Assembly: GCA_013265495.1 (NCBI GenBank)
Contig: MU057711.1
Location: forward strand, 1,426,001-1,490,000
Source of the DNA: Vicugna vicugna
Lineage: Eukaryota
Direction of reading: 5' to 3'
DNA: 64,000 bases
The position numbers and the translations under genes were made by a program. Under the pieces are notes generated by a model, which saw only the letters and a program-made list of their open reading frames with translations, was not told where the DNA came from and did not search any database. Shown piece after piece: positions 61,040 through 64,000 of this stretch (position 1 is the stretch's first letter; every line of letters starts with the position of its first letter).

Positions 61040-61500
61040 AGCACTTGTGTCTTTCACCTGCAAGTGACAGTAATCCAACTCAAACAGACTTCATCGGTAC
61101 AAGAAATAATTTTAGCACATCCAAAATGTCCAGGAGTACTGCAGGTATAGTTGGATCCAGCAATCTTGTCAGGAACCTGTCTTTTGCTGTATCTCAGCTC
61201 TGCTTTCTTCAGGGTTGGCTTGATTCTCAGTCAGTATGGCCAGCAACACCTCCAGGCTCACATCCCACCAACTTAGGGCCCCCAACAGAAGAAGAACACT
61301 TCTTTCTTGATAATTCCATAGAAGTCCTGACTATCACTCTTACTGACCACACCTGGGCCCTGAGCCCACCCCTGAGCTGAGGATGTAGTCATTCTCAGCC
61401 ATACCTACTGGATAAAAGTGGGAAAGAGTCAGATCCTTTAAGGAAAAATGAGGGAGAAGAATTAGTACAGGGTAGGCAGAAATAACTGATGTCCCTGGCA
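61040..61500 (-). mobile_element. MaLR MLT1J-like solo LTR
   Basis: tgcaagtgacagtaatccaactcaaacagactt...atctcagctctgctttcttcagggttggcttgattctcag...gggtaggcagaaataactgatgtcc. Confidence 0.8.
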
Positions 61501-61739
61501 GCACCCCACCCCACCTGCCCCACCTGCTCCTGCTGGAAGGTCCTGTGGCTCCCGTCTGTTTTGTGCTGTTCTCTGGTAGAATCCTCCTTCTGTACCCTGG
61601 TTCCTGGCATTCCTAGGTTATCTCAACCTCGGTCCTCCCCGACTAATCTCATCAATTGAACTGGTGCAAAATCTCCAAATAACACCCTCAAAGGGCCCTG
61701 TTCCACCCCCAAGGGGCTCCCTTGCCCACCTATGCTACG

Positions 61740-61955
61740 CCTGCAGCCAGACTGCCTGAGGCCTGATACTGGTTTGTACACTGACCAGTATTGTGACCCT
61801 AGACTCTGTTTCCACATCTGTAAAATAGGAGTAAGAACAGTATGTAGTTTATAGGCTGCTGTGAAAATCAAATGAGGTCATATACATAAAGTACTGGTGG
61901 CTGCTAGCACTTAGTCAGTGCTCAGTAAATAATAATTAAATTAAAAATAATAATA
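61740..61955 (+). mobile_element. MIR SINE
   Basis: gcagccagactgcctg...gtttccacatctgtaaaataggagtaa...gtgctcagtaaat. Confidence 0.85.
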
Positions 61956-62539
61956 CTGAGAGCATTTCCACCCTGGTCACTCCCTCCTAACTTACTGAGT
62001 AGTAGGTTGAAAGCCATATTACAGAAGAGCAGTTCACAGGCGAGTCTTTATCTCCTGCTGCTCAACGCAACTGTTTCTCCATTTCACACAGCTGGGAAAT
62101 GGCTGAGCCAAGGTAAGGAACCAGAAGGGAGCATTTTGCCAGTTGGCTGGGCACACTGATGCCAGCCTCTCTCTTGGTGGATCAGAGAATCCCAGGAACC
62201 CGTGTCCATGGCAGGGGCAGTTGGGGTCTCCAACCCGTCTGAGAGAATGCCTTTCCCTCATCCCAGCTCAGCAAGCCACCCCCAGCTACAGAGGCAGCAG
62301 CTGGCCACCTTGCTGACCTCTAAGAAACATCTAGTCCCAGAAGCTCCCTTGGGGGCTCTCCCTCACCACGCCCAGGCCTTTGCTGTGGCCTCGGCTCCTG
62401 CCACAACACTGGTCACACCACCAATGAGGGCCCCGGTTCATGACTTCCGGGAGGGCAGCTCCTGCCAGTGACCAGAGGGACTGGAAAATGAATTTCCAGT
62501 TCCCAACAGACACTCACCCCAGCAACCCTCCCTGGAAGA

Positions 62540-63115
62540 TGACAGCACACCACCTCCTGCCCCATCTTCTGCCATCTCCCCACTGCCTCTCTGGTCCACC
62601 TGCAGTCCAAGTTCATTCTTCGCGTGGTGGCCCCTGTGAACTTTTAAAATCACAAGGCAGAGTTTATCTCCTTCCTCTGGAATCCCATCCTCTGCCTTTG
62701 TCCTGGCACTGAGGCCCCATATGGTCTGGCCCCACTCACCATCATTGCCATCCTTGCCCCTGGACTCCACCAGTCTGGCCTAGTCCAGTGTCAGGGACAT
62801 TGCTGTTGTTTTGTCTGGAGCATTCTATATCTGTCTTCTCATGGCTGATGCTTCAATACCCCTCCCCAGAGAAGCCGTCTCTGACCACACTGTCCAAGCA
62901 ACCGCCAGCCCAGGCAGTCTTGGCTTCCATTTGCTTTGTTTCCTTCAAACTCTTTCTCATGATGCATTTTTATCCTTTTCTGTGTTTTTAATTATTTGCT
63001 CCCTGTCTTCTGCACTGGAACACAGGCCCTGTCTGGGAAACTGCCACATCGGCAGGGCAGAGACCAGTGCTTCCTCAGACAGTGGATGCCCAACAAGTAT
63101 TTGTCAAATACATGA
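62540..63115 (+). mobile_element. L2 LINE 3' fragments
   Basis: cccctccccagagaagccgtctctgaccac...ggatgcccaacaagtatttgtcaaatacatgaa. Confidence 0.7.
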
Positions 63116-63547
63116 AAACACCCTCCCTAAGAGCCATCCACTGTGGCACTCCCTCCATCTGAGTTCCACACTGACTTTCCATTTTCTTTTCAGCTCTTGA
63201 GGACATGGGTTTGAGCTGTAACTCCTGAGTGATGCTCCTCAGATGGGAACTAGTGTTGTGGCATGGTCCTGCTACCTTCCCCCTGAAGCCCTCCCTCTGC
63301 CCTGCCCCACACGCCCACAGCCTGAGAGTAAGCACGAGACCAGTGTCACACAGGCAGACAGGAGGGTGAAGAGCTGGCCTGTGCTGTCCCCATGTGATGC
63401 TCTGAAGCAGGGATGTGGAGCCCCCAGCAAAGGACGTGGAACCTTTGACTAGAGTCAGAGTCATGGGGCAGGCAGGAGGCAGAACTCGGTCTTGAATTTT
63501 AACTGCTGATAATGAAGTGAAAAGGAGACCCCCTTTCCAGGGAGCCC

Positions 63548-64000
63548 TGTTGAGATATTGTGATTTATAATATGAAATATAATATATATTTGGTTTTCAT
63601 CCCAGTTTCTGGCACAGAGCTCCTAAAACCCTTGGAATTTCTTAGGTGAGGAGAGCAGTAAGGGGGCCTTTTATCATGTTAATGAGATGACTTTTAGTAA
63701 GCACTTAAGAATGGGGGCTGGTAGCCCTGAGTACCACCAAGGTGATTACAGGGTTGGAACGTTCACCCTCGCCCCCCTGACCTCTGGGGAGGGGAAAGGG
63801 GATGGGCTGGAGACTGAGTTCAATCACCAATGGCCAATGATTGAATCAATCGAGCCTACACGCAAAGCCCCCATACAATCCGCAAAGGGTGGAGTTCAGA
63901 GAGCTTCTGGGTAGGTGAACACAGGGAGATTTAGGGGAGAGTGGTGGGTGTGGGGAGGACATGGAAGCTCCATACTCCTTCTCATACACCTTGCCCTGTG
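63548..64000 (+). mobile_element. MER21-like LTR (runs off the window end)
   Basis: gtttctggcacagagctcctaaaacccttggaattt...gggctggagactgagttcaatcaccaatggccaatgatt...catacaccttgccct. Confidence 0.85.

Noticed and set aside
1..64000. A novel multi-gene system, operon, CRISPR array or defence island
   Set aside because: The sequence is CpG-depleted mammalian non-coding DNA. It has no long ORFs, no gene-dense organisation and no regularly spaced repeat-spacer array.

Overview
This window is non-coding placental-mammal genomic DNA (intergenic or deep intronic), not prokaryotic. Two tRNA-Ala-derived SINEs resembling Vic-1, plus cetartiodactyl-type L1 3' ends, point to a camelid such as alpaca, llama or camel; this is an inference from remembered repeat consensus sequences. 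I found no credible host protein-coding exon, functional RNA gene, CpG-island promoter or CRISPR array. The six-frame ORFs are either chance ORFs or decayed transposon proteins (L1 ORF1/ORF2, ERVL Gag/protease). Much of the window is interspersed repeat: MIR, L2, L3/CR1, old and young L1, MaLR/ERVL LTRs and hAT MITEs, with several nested insertions and readable target-site duplications (TSDs). I cannot support any previously undescribed biological system. The best leads are modest: (i) an ~80-bp non-TE direct repeat 1.84 kb apart; (ii) an ERVL remnant whose protease runs almost directly into the PPT/3' LTR with pol missing; (iii) an old L1 with an internal inversion-deletion; (iv) several repeat-free, homeodomain-motif-rich islands that look like developmental enhancers. 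Repeat names come from my recall of Dfam/Repbase consensus sequences, not from a search, and most repeat boundaries are approximate (tens of bp).
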